A stretch of 64,000 nt of DNA from Vicinamibacterales bacterium (GTDB lineage: Bacteria > Acidobacteriota > Vicinamibacteria > Vicinamibacterales > 2-12-FULL-66-21), in assembly GCA_035495555.1 (NCBI GenBank), contig DATJFQ010000042.1, positions 75,893 through 139,892 of the forward strand. The letters run 5' to 3'. Shown piece after piece: positions 1-9,680 of the stretch (the stretch's first letter is position 1; every line of letters begins with the position of its first letter). A program made the position numbers and the translations under genes. The notes beneath the pieces are model-generated. The model had not been told where the DNA came from. It made no database searches and saw only the letters and a list, made by a program, of their open reading frames with translations.

Positions 1-109
1 CGGATCGAAGCCGGCGCGTCTGGGTCGCGCACGCGTCGCCGCCTTCGTACATCGCGCGTTCGTAGATCCGGCCGAGGGGGCCGCCGCCGGCGAGCGCTAT
101 ATCGGTCGC

Positions 110-1360
110 GTGCTCACAGCCCTCGAACAGCGGCTGCCGGCCGGCGAGCTGCAGACGGTCGTCGTCGGTCCACGGCGAAGTTTCCGGAAGCGGCGGTGGT
201 GGGATCCCATGGTTGGCGGTCAGGAGGGGCTTGCCGCGATCGAATCGCTCGGCGGCGCCCGATCCGAACGTGATCAGCAGGTCTGGGCGTCCCGTCACGA
301 GTGTCTCGCAGCGCTCGAGGCCAGCCCTGATCTTCGACATCACGCGATGGTCGACGGAACGGACTGCTGGGCGATCGTGCACGCGCAGCTCGTCGGCGTC
401 ATCTGGCTCCAGTGGCCGTGGTCGGTCCGATCGATGGATCGCGCGGGCACCGCGTTCGACGAGCTCCAACCGCGCGTGGCCGTCACCTATGCGGAGGCCG
501 GCGGCTGGGGACGCGCGCTCGCCCTGGAAGCGCGGCGCCGCGGTATTCCTCTCGTCGGCATCCAGCACGGGTTCATCTATCGACACTGGCTCAACTACGT
601 CCACGAGCCGGACGAGCTGGCGCCATCGGAGGAACGTCCGGAGGATTCGGGATTCCCTCGTCCTGCGCGCACGCTGGTGTTCGACCGGTATGCGCAGCGA
701 CATCTGCTCGAGCGCGCGCATTTCCCGGAGAGCGCCGTCGAGATCGTCGGAAGCGCGGAACGGGATGCCCTCGTCGAAACGGTTCGCGCCACAACACAGA
801 ATGATCGCGACGCTGCCAGACAGCGCCTGGGGATCGCCGCCGGGCGTCATGTGATTCTGTGCGCCACCAAATTCAGCGAGGCGAAGGACGTGCTTCCGCT
901 GCTCGCCGCTGCCGTCCGGTCGCTGACGACGGTGCACATGATTATCAAGGCGCACCCGGCGGAAGGGACCGATGGCTATGCGGCGGTGGCCGGCGGCAAC
1001 ATCTCCGTCGTGCCCGCCGCCGAACCCCTGGGCGCGCTGCTGGCAATGGCGGACGCCGTGGTGACCGTGAATTCCACAGTGGCGGTCGATGCCCTGGTGC
1101 TTGGGATTCCGGCGCTCACCATCGGTCAGCCGAACAATCTGCTTCCATTCGTCGAAGCGGGCGCCATGCTCGGCGCGAACACCGAACGGGACATCGGCGA
1201 TGCTTTGTCGCAGCTCGTCGCCGACGTCCGGCTCCGCGCAGTGCTGGTGGAGAGAGGCGTGGCGATGGTCGGCGATTCCTCGAACGGCAACGCCACAGAG
1301 AACGCGGCTCAGGCGATTCTCGCGATGGCGGAGACGTTCTCACGGCAGCCGATTCCGTAA
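110..1360 (+). CDS. GT-B-like glycosyl- or glycerophospho-transferase / capsule-synthesis-like protein (family uncertain). The frame is open back to base 2, so the true start may lie upstream of the window.
   Basis: 416-aa ORF. The C-terminal half has a Rossmann-like pattern (HVILCATKF..., VVTVNSTVAVDALVLGIPALTIG). TAATG stop/start overlap with the next gene. Confidence 0.45.
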   Translation: MLTALEQRLPAGELQTVVVGPRRSFRKRRWWDPMVGGQEGLAAIESLGGARSERDQQVWASRHECLAALEASPDLRHHAMVDGTDCWAIVHAQLVGVIWLQWPWSVRSMDRAGTAFDELQPRVAVTYAEAGGWGRALALEARRRGIPLVGIQHGFIYRHWLNYVHEPDELAPSEERPEDSGFPRPARTLVFDRYAQRHLLERAHFPESAVEIVGSAERDALVETVRATTQNDRDAARQRLGIAAGRHVILCATKFSEAKDVLPLLAAAVRSLTTVHMIIKAHPAEGTDGYAAVAGGNISVVPAAEPLGALLAMADAVVTVNSTVAVDALVLGIPALTIGQPNNLLPFVEAGAMLGANTERDIGDALSQLVADVRLRAVLVERGVAMVGDSSNGNATENAAQAILAMAETFSRQPIP

Positions 1361-2718
1361 TGCGCTGGCTGACGCTGCCGGAGCGCGCCCCCGGCACCAC
1401 GATCGCGTGCATCGGCCTCATCTTTGTGATCGCGTACTCGCTGGGCCTCCTGCTCCTCGCGAAGCCTGACGGACGGATCGTCGTCGGCGACGCGATGCAC
1501 GAGTACGTGCAGCTCCGATCGGCGGTTTTCGATCACGACCTGCGCTTCACGAACGAGTACCTGCATCTCTACGGCCTCACACCTGAAACCGTGGACGATG
1601 AGACGCGGTGGATCGTGGACGCGAACGAGACGGGCCACGTGAGAAATCTGATGCCGGTCGGCCCTGCACTGCTCTGGGCACCGGCGTATCTGATGACGAC
1701 TGCCGGCGTGTGGATTGCCGACCACCTCGGTGCCGCGTATCCGCTCGACGGCTACGGCCGTCTGTTTCAGGCGTCGGCCGGCTATACCGGGATTGCCGCT
1801 GCCACGCTCGCCGCGTGGCTGTCCTTCCTCGCGGCGGCGGCGTTCTTCGATCGGCGAAGCGCCATCTGGGCCACGCTCGCGATCTGGCTCGCATCGAGCG
1901 CGCTGTATTACTCCGTCATCTCCCCAACCTATTCGCACGCGCCGTCGATGCTCGCCGTCAGCGTGTTCGTTCTCGTCTGGATTCGAACCTTGAACGAGCA
2001 GCGTGTCGGACGGTACGTGCTGCTGGGCGTTCTCGTCGGGATCGCCGCGCTGATGCGCTGGCAGGATGCCGTGCTCTTCGTGGTCCCAGCGCTCGATGCG
2101 GCGGTTCGATGGCGCGCGCGCGCCTGGGCGGCGGGGCTCCAGCGCATCGCGGCCGCCGGAGCCGGTGCGTTCGTCGCGTTTACGCCGCAGATGTTTGTGT
2201 GGCAGCGGCTCTACGGCCATCCGCTGACGATCCCGCAGGGCGCTTCGTTCATGCAGTGGCAGTCGCCGGCGCTCGTGGCGGTGCTGTTCTCCGACAACCA
2301 CGGACTCTTCACCTGGACGCCGGTGATTGCGCTCGGCTGCGCCGGCCTGATCTGGCTCGTCCGGCGCGCACCGCTCGCGGGCGCCGCATCGATCGCCTTC
2401 CTCGCGATTTCCTGGTACGTCAATGCCGCCGTAGCGGACTGGTGGGCGGGCGAAGCGTTCGGCGCGCGACGCTTCGTCGGCTGTTTTCCCATTTTCGTGC
2501 TCGGGACCGCGGCCGTGTTCGAGCGCTGGAAGGACCACCCGGCTCGAGCCGTGGTGTGCACGATGATCTTCACCGCGCTGACGCTCCTGCTGCTCGTGCA
2601 GTACCAGGCGTTCATGCACGGCGCGCGGACGCTGGCGCCGTATCCAAAGGGATTCGAGCATTTGTGGCTTTCCCGTTTCGTCGTACCGTTTCGTCTTCTG
2701 GGAGCGATCGTGAAATGA
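1360..2718 (+). CDS. Polytopic membrane protein, GT-C-like (ArnT/PMT-like) putative glycosyltransferase
   Basis: In-frame ATG at 1360 overlaps the upstream stop (TAATG). The product has many hydrophobic segments (MRWLTLPERAPGTTIACIGLIFVIAYSLGLL...). The 619-aa track ORF starting at 859 is an over-extension into the upstream gene. Confidence 0.45.
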   Translation: MRWLTLPERAPGTTIACIGLIFVIAYSLGLLLLAKPDGRIVVGDAMHEYVQLRSAVFDHDLRFTNEYLHLYGLTPETVDDETRWIVDANETGHVRNLMPVGPALLWAPAYLMTTAGVWIADHLGAAYPLDGYGRLFQASAGYTGIAAATLAAWLSFLAAAAFFDRRSAIWATLAIWLASSALYYSVISPTYSHAPSMLAVSVFVLVWIRTLNEQRVGRYVLLGVLVGIAALMRWQDAVLFVVPALDAAVRWRARAWAAGLQRIAAAGAGAFVAFTPQMFVWQRLYGHPLTIPQGASFMQWQSPALVAVLFSDNHGLFTWTPVIALGCAGLIWLVRRAPLAGAASIAFLAISWYVNAAVADWWAGEAFGARRFVGCFPIFVLGTAAVFERWKDHPARAVVCTMIFTALTLLLLVQYQAFMHGARTLAPYPKGFEHLWLSRFVVPFRLLGAIVK

Positions 2719-2743
2719 TGTCCATCCTCCGGAGTATTCCAGC

Positions 2744-3706
2744 ATGCGTGTGTTGATCACCGGCGGCGCCGGTTTCATCGGATCTCATCTGTCTGACGCG
2801 TTGCTCGAACGCGGCGACGAGGTATTCGTTCTCGACGACTTGTCCACGGGCTCGATCGACAACATCGCGCACCTGAAAAACCACCCGAGATTTCACTACA
2901 CGATTGACACGGTCACCAACGAGCCGGTGCTCGCGGAGCACATCGACCGCGCAGACGTCGTCGTCCACCTCGCCGCAGCCGTGGGCGTGAAACTGATCGT
3001 CGAGCAGCCGGTACACACGATCGAGACGAACGTCCACGGCACAGAAGTCGTCCTCAAGCACGCGAACAAGAAGAAGAAGCTCGTGCTCATCGCCTCGACG
3101 TCAGAGGTCTACGGCAAGAGCGCGAACGTTCCGTTCCACGAGGACGCGGATCTGGTGCTCGGGCCGACGCTGAAGCATCGGTGGGCCTACGCGTGCAGCA
3201 AATTAATTGACGAGTTCCTGGCGCTGGCGTATTGGAAGGAAAAGAAGCTGCCGGTCATCATCGTCCGGCTCTTCAATACGGTCGGACCGCGGCAGACCGG
3301 CCACTATGGGATGGTCATTCCCACCTTCGTACGGCAGGCGCTCTCGGGCGTCCCTATCACCGTGTTCGGGGATGGGACCCAGTCGCGCAGTTTTACGTAC
3401 GTCGGCGACGTCGTGCGCGCTATGGTAGCCTTGATCAACGAGCCAAAAGCCGTCGGGCAGGTCTTCAACATCGGCAACGGCCGGGAGATCACCATCGGTG
3501 CGCTCGCCGAACGCATCCGGGACGTGACCGGCAGTTCATCGCCGATCGTGACCGTGCCGTACGAACAGGCATACGAAGCCGGGTTCGAAGACATGCCGCG
3601 GCGGGTTCCGGCGATCTCGAAAATCCAGGCGCTCGTCGGATACGCCCCGACGGTGGAACTCGACGAGATCCTCGCCCGCGTCATCGAATACAGTCGCCAG
3701 CAGTAG
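2744..3706 (+). CDS. NAD-dependent nucleotide-sugar epimerase/dehydratase (extended SDR family)
   Basis: N-terminal GGAGFIGSH Rossmann motif and a YACSK catalytic YxxxK motif. Length is typical at 320 aa. Confidence 0.85.
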   Translation: MRVLITGGAGFIGSHLSDALLERGDEVFVLDDLSTGSIDNIAHLKNHPRFHYTIDTVTNEPVLAEHIDRADVVVHLAAAVGVKLIVEQPVHTIETNVHGTEVVLKHANKKKKLVLIASTSEVYGKSANVPFHEDADLVLGPTLKHRWAYACSKLIDEFLALAYWKEKKLPVIIVRLFNTVGPRQTGHYGMVIPTFVRQALSGVPITVFGDGTQSRSFTYVGDVVRAMVALINEPKAVGQVFNIGNGREITIGALAERIRDVTGSSSPIVTVPYEQAYEAGFEDMPRRVPAISKIQALVGYAPTVELDEILARVIEYSRQQ

Positions 3707-3721
3707 GTCTTCAGTCCTTTC

Positions 3722-4681
3722 ATGTCCCGATCGACGGGTGTCAAGTCCGCCGTGCGCCGCAGCGCCGAGTCGCTTCTGAAGCGCAACGCGAAGCCCGTTC
3801 GCCGCCTCCTGCTCGCCACGGGACGGGATCGCGCGCCGCGCGTCCCCGACATCGTGCAGATCGAAAGCACGAACATGTGCAACGCCAAGTGCGTGTTCTG
3901 TCCTCGCGACGAGATGCATCGCGAGGAAGGGATCATGGACATGGCGTTGTACCGGAAGATCGTCGACGAGTGCGCAGAACTCGGCATCACGCACGTGCGC
4001 ATGCACAACTACGGCGAGGCGTTTCTCGACCGGACGCTCGTCGAGAAGATCCAGTACGCGAAACAGGCGGGCATCACGGAAGTCGGGCTGATCAGCAATG
4101 GCTCGCTCATCACCGACCGTGTGGCACGCGGCATCGTCGACGCGGGACTCGACGCCATCAACATCAGCGTCGACGCGTCCGGGCGCGAGGTCTTCGAGTC
4201 GACGCGCCTCGGGCTGAATTACGACAAGGTCATTGCGAACGTCGAACGCCTCGTACGCATTCGAGCCGAGGCCGGGAAGCGGCGGCCGAAGCTCATTCTG
4301 TCGTTCGTCCGCCAGAACAACTCCGCCGACGAGCAGGCGTTCATCGAGCACTGGCGGAACATCGCCGACAAGATTCACATCACGGACCTGCACAACTGGG
4401 CGGGAACGCTCAACACGGAGTCGGATGTGAACTATCCCTGCTATCGTCCGTGGCTCACGTTCACGGTGCTGTGGGACGGACGCGTGTCGCTGTGCTGCGC
4501 CGACTTCGACGGGCGGACGGTGCTCGGCGACCTCAACGCCTCGTCGATCCGTGAGATCTGGAACGGCGAGGCTTACCGCGACGTTCGCCGCCAGCATCTG
4601 GAAAGCGGCGGCCCGGAGATCTGCCGGTCCTGCGATTTGCCTCGGAAAGACTCGCCGCTCTGGATCGCTCGCCTGCGGTAG
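3722..4681 (+). CDS. Radical SAM enzyme with C-terminal SPASM/twitch-type Cys cluster
   Basis: CNAKCVFC (CxxxCxxC) near the N-terminus. C-terminal CYRPW...CCADFDG...IWNG...CRSC pattern. Confidence 0.8.
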   Translation: MSRSTGVKSAVRRSAESLLKRNAKPVRRLLLATGRDRAPRVPDIVQIESTNMCNAKCVFCPRDEMHREEGIMDMALYRKIVDECAELGITHVRMHNYGEAFLDRTLVEKIQYAKQAGITEVGLISNGSLITDRVARGIVDAGLDAINISVDASGREVFESTRLGLNYDKVIANVERLVRIRAEAGKRRPKLILSFVRQNNSADEQAFIEHWRNIADKIHITDLHNWAGTLNTESDVNYPCYRPWLTFTVLWDGRVSLCCADFDGRTVLGDLNASSIREIWNGEAYRDVRRQHLESGGPEICRSCDLPRKDSPLWIARLR

Positions 4682-4697
4682 ACCGCTCGCGAAAGTC

Positions 4698-4777
4698 GCA
4701 ATTCCCAACTGCTCATCCACGCAAGGCGGCAATTCCCAAGTCCTTGTCCGGGTGGGAATTGCGGAGTTGTGCAGTTG
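4698..4777. repeat. CCAA/TTGG low-complexity dyad element (intergenic hairpin)
   Basis: gcaattccca (4730-4739) pairs with tgggaattgc (4753-4762), and caactgc (4706-4712) pairs with gcagttg (4771-4777). Confidence 0.7.
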
Positions 4778-4831
4778 ACGGCCGCCACGATGGCGGCGTC
4801 GTCTTATGAGGCGTATACTGGAAAATCCCTT

Positions 4832-5563
4832 ATGAAGAACACCCTTTGGCGCGGCCTGTACCTGACGGCCCTCGCACTGCTCTTCGCGATCCCCGCCGCG
4901 GCCGGGGAGCTGAAGCTCAGCATCAACTCGGGGCGAGTGACGCTCATCGCTACCGACGTTCCGCTCACGCAGGTGCTCCAGGAATGGGCGCGCGTGGGGC
5001 ATACGCGTTTCGTGAACGCTGAACGGCTGGGAGGCCCACCGGTCACCGTTCAGCTCGTCAACGTCCCGGAAAAAGAAGCGCTGGATATCATTCTCCATTC
5101 GGCGAGCGGGTACGTCGCGGCGCCGCGAGCCCAGCTCGTCGCGGACTCGTCGCTGTATGACCGCATCATGATCATGCCGACGAGCGCCGCGCCAGCCGCG
5201 CTGCCCGTCACCACCACAGCCGCTGCACCGCCGACGTTCCAGCGTCCGCAGATGCCGACGCCGATCGACGATGACGACGAGCCGGTGATGGTGAACGTGC
5301 CGCCGCCGGCGCCGCAGAATCCGAACTCGCCGTCGCCGTTCGCGACGGTCAGGCCGGAGCTGTCGCAGCCGGGCGGGATGCCCGGACCTCCGACCGCGAC
5401 CGGACCGGGGCAGACCACCCCAGGGCCGTTCCTCTCGACCACGCCAGGCGTCGTCGTGGGCGCGCCGGCAAATGGTCAGCCCGGCCAGCCTGGGCAGCCG
5501 AACCCGTATCAGCCGGCGGTCGTGAAGCCGGTTGGCCCGGGCGGTGGCGGCGGCGGGGCGTAA
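4832..5563 (+). CDS. Secreted protein with an N-terminal STN/secretin-N-like domain and a long Pro/Thr/Gly-rich tail
   Basis: Start chosen at MKNTLWRGLYLTALALLFAIPAAAG (signal peptide). The VTLIATDVPLTQVLQEWARVGHTRFV segment resembles STN domains. The C-terminal half is low-complexity P/T/G/Q. Confidence 0.55.
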   Translation: MKNTLWRGLYLTALALLFAIPAAAGELKLSINSGRVTLIATDVPLTQVLQEWARVGHTRFVNAERLGGPPVTVQLVNVPEKEALDIILHSASGYVAAPRAQLVADSSLYDRIMIMPTSAAPAALPVTTTAAAPPTFQRPQMPTPIDDDDEPVMVNVPPPAPQNPNSPSPFATVRPELSQPGGMPGPPTATGPGQTTPGPFLSTTPGVVVGAPANGQPGQPGQPNPYQPAVVKPVGPGGGGGGA

Positions 5564-5580
5564 GCTACAATCCTCCGGGA

Positions 5581-6288
5581 ATGGGCAGTCCACCGATGGT
5601 CCGGCGCGGCGAATACGCCGCGCGCGGCGAGTATCATCGTACGCCTGACCCCGCCTGGGACTACTATCCGACCTATATCGCGAAGCTCGAGGCGGTGCGC
5701 GGGTATCTGGACGCACTGCCCCGAGGCTCGCGCGTGCTCGACGCCGGGTGCGGCGAAGGGGTGCTCGTCTCCGAGTACGCGGATCGGCTCGAGATCTCCG
5801 GTGTGGACGCCAACTATGCGTCTGATCGCGTGATGCACGGCTCGGTGACCGCGCTGCCTTTCCCCGATGCGACGTTCGACCGCGCGCTGTGTCTGGACGT
5901 TCTCGAGCACCTCTCGTTCGAGGACCAGCCGCGCGCGCTCGGTGAGCTGCATCGGGTCCTGAAGCCTTCAGGCGAACTGCTCGTGTCGGTCCCCAACCTC
6001 GCGCACCTGCAGTCGCGCGTGCAGTTCGCGCTGCGGGGGCGGCTGATTCGCACTGCCTCAGAACTGAAGCACCCCGGCGATCGGCCCGCGGGCGAGTACA
6101 TGGCACTCGGGCGGCGCGCAGGGTTCAGGCTGGTCCGACGCGCCGGCATCTTCCCCACTGTTCCGGTCATCACGCATTACATCCGGCGGCACCCGAAGGC
6201 GCTCGCTCCGCTCCATCGCCTGCTGACGCGAGCACTGCCGGTTCCGGGGTGGTGCTTCCTGAACCTGCTCTTCTTCCGCAAGGGATAA
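5581..6288 (+). CDS. Class I SAM-dependent methyltransferase
   Basis: VLDAGCGEGV motif I, followed by LDVLEHL and LKPSGELLV motifs. Confidence 0.8.
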   Translation: MGSPPMVRRGEYAARGEYHRTPDPAWDYYPTYIAKLEAVRGYLDALPRGSRVLDAGCGEGVLVSEYADRLEISGVDANYASDRVMHGSVTALPFPDATFDRALCLDVLEHLSFEDQPRALGELHRVLKPSGELLVSVPNLAHLQSRVQFALRGRLIRTASELKHPGDRPAGEYMALGRRAGFRLVRRAGIFPTVPVITHYIRRHPKALAPLHRLLTRALPVPGWCFLNLLFFRKG

Positions 6289-6297
6289 GCCGGCCGC

Positions 6298-7950
6298 TTG
6301 GGATCCAGACTTCGCGAGCTCTCGAAGAACATCACGATCTACGGCCTGGGCGACGTGGCGGTCTCGATCGTCAGCTTCTTCCTGCTGCCGATCTTCGTCG
6401 ACTATCTCGACGCGCGCGACTACGGGGTGCTCGCGATCCTCGGCAGCATCGAAGTCGTCGGCAAGATCGTTTTCCGGTTCGGCCTCGACGGCTCCTTCAT
6501 GCGGTTCTTCTACGACTGCGAAGCAGACGAGGACCGCCGGCGGCTCGCAAGCACCATCTTCTTCTTTCTGCTGGCGCTCAACGGAGTCGTGCTCGCGCCG
6601 CTCCTGATCTTCGCCCCGCAGATCGCCTCGTGGCTGTTCGGCACGAGCGGATACACGATGGCGCTGCGCCTGCTCCTCGTGAACACGTTCGCGATCGGCT
6701 TCACCTTTCTCCCCTTCCACGTGCTGCGCATCGAGCGGCAATCGACGATTTTCAGCGCGCTCACGCTCGCACGATCGGTGATGACGATCGTGCTCCGCGT
6801 CGTCTTCGTCATTTTTCTGCGCATGCACGTGACGGGTATCTACCTCGCCGACGTGCTCGTGACCGCGTGCGTCATGGTTGCGCTGGCGAAGTGGTTCGCG
6901 CCGCTGATCCGGCCTGTGTTCTCGTGGGCGACGCTGCGGGAGACGCTGGCGTTCGGACTGCCCCGTGTGCCGCACGCAGGGGCGCAGCAGGTCATGGCGG
7001 TCGGCGACCGCTTCATCCTGAACATGTTCGCAAAGGTCGACGAGGTCGGCATCTATCAGATCGCCGTCTCGTTCGGCCTGACCGAGAAGCTGTTCCTGAG
7101 CGCGTTTGAGTCCGCATGGGCGCCGTTCTACTACGCGACGGTGAAGGACGCCGACGCCCGCCGCGTATTCCGCACCGTGACGACGTATGGATTCGCGGTC
7201 CTCGTGCTGCTCACGGCGGGGTTGTCCGCGACCGGGCGGGACCTGGTGGAGGCCATGACGCACGGCCGGATCATGGCGCCAGCGGATCCGCGCTGGGCGG
7301 ACGTGGCGACCGTCATCACGTGGACCGCGGTCGGCGTGCTGCTGCAAGGCGTCTATCTCTTGACGTCGATCGGCCTGAATCTCACCAAGCGGACGCAGTA
7401 TTACCCGATCGCGACAAGCATCGCGGCCGCGACGAACGTCGGCCTGAATTTCCTGCTGATTCCGCGGTTCGGCATGGTCGGGGCGGCATGGGCCAACGGC
7501 GCGTGCTACGCCGTGCAGGCGCTGCTCGGCTATCTGTTTTCGCAGCGGTTCTACAACATCTCGTACGAGTGGGGCCGCCTGGCACGAGTCGCCGCAGCAG
7601 GCCTGATTGCGACGCTGGCTGCACATGCGCTTCCCGCTGTCCGCCTTGCCTCCGTGGATGCGCGGTCGGTCATGGCGGCGCTTCCCGACGCCTTCGCACG
7701 CGGCATCGTCGTCATCGCTGTCTACGTCGCATTGCTCGCCGCGACAGGGTTCCTGCGCGCCGAGGAATTGAGAGCGGTGCGCGCCATGTGGCGGCGCCAG
7801 CGTACGCCGCGGGTCGCAGGGACGCCCGACAGTACCGAACTGGCGGGGGCGATCGTCGCAACCGATGTCGTCGCGACGGCCGATGACGTGGCGATCGAGG
7901 AGAGCGGCGAACAGCCGTCAGCGTTGACAGCCGGGAGCCGGCGGACGTGA
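6298..7950 (+). CDS. Polysaccharide/oligosaccharide flippase (MOP superfamily, Wzx-like)
   Basis: 550 aa with many TM segments. The N-terminus LSKNITIYGLGDVAVSIVSFFLLPIFVDYL is typical of the Polysacc_synt family. TTG start. Confidence 0.75.
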   Translation: MGSRLRELSKNITIYGLGDVAVSIVSFFLLPIFVDYLDARDYGVLAILGSIEVVGKIVFRFGLDGSFMRFFYDCEADEDRRRLASTIFFFLLALNGVVLAPLLIFAPQIASWLFGTSGYTMALRLLLVNTFAIGFTFLPFHVLRIERQSTIFSALTLARSVMTIVLRVVFVIFLRMHVTGIYLADVLVTACVMVALAKWFAPLIRPVFSWATLRETLAFGLPRVPHAGAQQVMAVGDRFILNMFAKVDEVGIYQIAVSFGLTEKLFLSAFESAWAPFYYATVKDADARRVFRTVTTYGFAVLVLLTAGLSATGRDLVEAMTHGRIMAPADPRWADVATVITWTAVGVLLQGVYLLTSIGLNLTKRTQYYPIATSIAAATNVGLNFLLIPRFGMVGAAWANGACYAVQALLGYLFSQRFYNISYEWGRLARVAAAGLIATLAAHALPAVRLASVDARSVMAALPDAFARGIVVIAVYVALLAATGFLRAEELRAVRAMWRRQRTPRVAGTPDSTELAGAIVATDVVATADDVAIEESGEQPSALTAGSRRT

Positions 7951-9677
7951 AGAGACGCACCGGCCGCGAGGCTGCGGCGGTCCTCGTGACGATCGTGGCG
8001 CTCGCGGCGGCGCTTCGGTTGTGGGCCGTGTCGTACGGCCTGCCCGCGATTTTCAATCCCGACGAAATCCCGATTCTCAGCCGAGCGCTCGCGTTCGCGA
8101 AGGGAGATCTGAATCCGCACAACTTCCTGTATCCGACGCTGTACTTCTACGCGCTGTTCGTCTGGGAAACGCTGTATTTCGTCGTGGGACGCGTCGCTGG
8201 CCTCTACCACTCCGTCGCGGACTTTCAGAACGCGTTTTTCGTCGATCCGTCGCGCCTCGTCCTCGTCGGCCGCACGCTGACCGCGGCATTCGGGGTCGCG
8301 AGCGTCGTTGCGGTGTACGAGGCCGGCCGCCGATTCTTCGACCGGCAGGTCGGGATCGGAGCGGCCCTGTTCCTCGCGGTCGCGCCGTTCGCCGTGCGCG
8401 ACGCGCACTACGTGAAGCTCGACGTTCCGACCGCCTTTTTCGTGACGCTGGCGTATGCCGCGCTCGCGCGGCTCGTCGTCGGCGACCCAGGCGGTCCCGC
8501 GTCTCGGCCGTGGTCGTGGGTGCTCGCCGGGTATATCGGCGGCCTGGCGATGGCATCGCACTATTACGCGCTCTTCATCTGTGTGCCTTTCGCGGCCGCC
8601 GCGGTTATTCAGGGAGAGCGAACCGGCAATTGGCGCGCGGCGGCCGGCCTGCTCCTCGCCGCCGCGCTCGGCACGATCGCGGGGTTCGTCACTGGCTGTC
8701 CTTTCTTCTTCGTCGAGCCGCGGACGGCAATGCGCGACATCGCAGGCGTGCGTCAAGTCGACATCGATCGCGCGGTCGGCTCTGCGCAGGGCGCGTTTCC
8801 AACGCTCGACGTGTACTTCCACATGCTTTGGACCGACGCGATCGGCTGGCCCGTGTTCGCGGCTTCGCTGCTCGGCCTCGCCACCGCCGGCTGGCGGCGC
8901 AGTCTCGTCCTGGTGAGCTTTCCGGTTGCGTTCCTCGCCTTTATCGGTCACACGGTGCCGGAAAGCCGCTACCTGAACGTGCTGCTGCCGGTGATTGCCG
9001 TCGCCGGCGCCGCCGGTGTGGTCTGGACGCTGCGCCGTCTGCGTGCTGCGACTGTCCCGGCGACCGCAGCCGCGTTCCTGCTCTGCGCCACTCCGGGGCT
9101 GCTCCTCAGCGCCCGCTCGGATCGCTTCTTCCTGATGCGAGATACGCGTGCACTGGCAGCCGATTACATCGTGGAGCACGTCGCGCCGGGCGCCTCGATC
9201 CTGATCCAGCCATATAGCGCACCGCTCGCTCGCACGCGCGAGTCCATCATCGAAGCGTTGCGGCGCCACCTCGGCTCGGAGACCTCGGCGTCGATCAAGT
9301 TTCAGTTACAGCTCTCCGCCACCCCGTATCCTTCGCCGGCGTACCGGCTCATCTACCTCGGCGATGGCGGTGACGATCCCGACAAGATCTACGTGTCACC
9401 TCGAGCATTCCACGACGATTCACTGACACCGATCCTGACGCTTGGAGTGGATTACGTGGTGCTGAAGCGGTACAATATCGACAATCCAGCTCTGGGTCCC
9501 CTCGAGTCGGCTCTTCGGCAGCATGCGACGCTCGTGACGACGGTCTCGCCGTATCGGGCCGATGCGAGCGCCGCGGAGCGGGCGGCAACGGCTCCGTTTC
9601 TCCACAACACGGCGGCGCGCATCCAGCCCGCGCTCGAGCGCCCCGGACCAATCGTCGACGTCTGGCAGATCAAGTAA
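7947..9677 (+). CDS. GT-C membrane glycosyltransferase, GT39/ArnT-PMT-like
   Basis: GTGA start/stop overlap with the flippase. LRLWAVSYGLPAIFNPDEIPIL carries the DE motif in the first loop. Polytopic N-terminal half plus a soluble C-terminal domain. Confidence 0.65.
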   Translation: MKRRTGREAAAVLVTIVALAAALRLWAVSYGLPAIFNPDEIPILSRALAFAKGDLNPHNFLYPTLYFYALFVWETLYFVVGRVAGLYHSVADFQNAFFVDPSRLVLVGRTLTAAFGVASVVAVYEAGRRFFDRQVGIGAALFLAVAPFAVRDAHYVKLDVPTAFFVTLAYAALARLVVGDPGGPASRPWSWVLAGYIGGLAMASHYYALFICVPFAAAAVIQGERTGNWRAAAGLLLAAALGTIAGFVTGCPFFFVEPRTAMRDIAGVRQVDIDRAVGSAQGAFPTLDVYFHMLWTDAIGWPVFAASLLGLATAGWRRSLVLVSFPVAFLAFIGHTVPESRYLNVLLPVIAVAGAAGVVWTLRRLRAATVPATAAAFLLCATPGLLLSARSDRFFLMRDTRALAADYIVEHVAPGASILIQPYSAPLARTRESIIEALRRHLGSETSASIKFQLQLSATPYPSPAYRLIYLGDGGDDPDKIYVSPRAFHDDSLTPILTLGVDYVVLKRYNIDNPALGPLESALRQHATLVTTVSPYRADASAAERAATAPFLHNTAARIQPALERPGPIVDVWQIK

Positions 9678-9680
9678 TCG

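Noticed and set aside
1309-2778. 489-aa minus-strand ORF
   Set aside because: It is antisense to the polytopic membrane protein gene, and its Arg-rich low-complexity translation shows no domain signature.
3536-6106. 856-aa minus-strand ORF spanning four plus-strand genes
   Set aside because: It is Arg/Ala/Pro/Gly-rich with no recognisable motifs. It is antisense to well-supported genes (SDR, radical SAM, methyltransferase). This is a typical GC-rich shadow ORF.
6058-9269. Minus-strand ORFs 6058-7626 (522 aa) and 7722-9269 (515 aa)
   Set aside because: They are antisense to the flippase and GT39-like genes. Their compositions are dominated by R/D/E/A with no motifs, so they are shadow ORFs.
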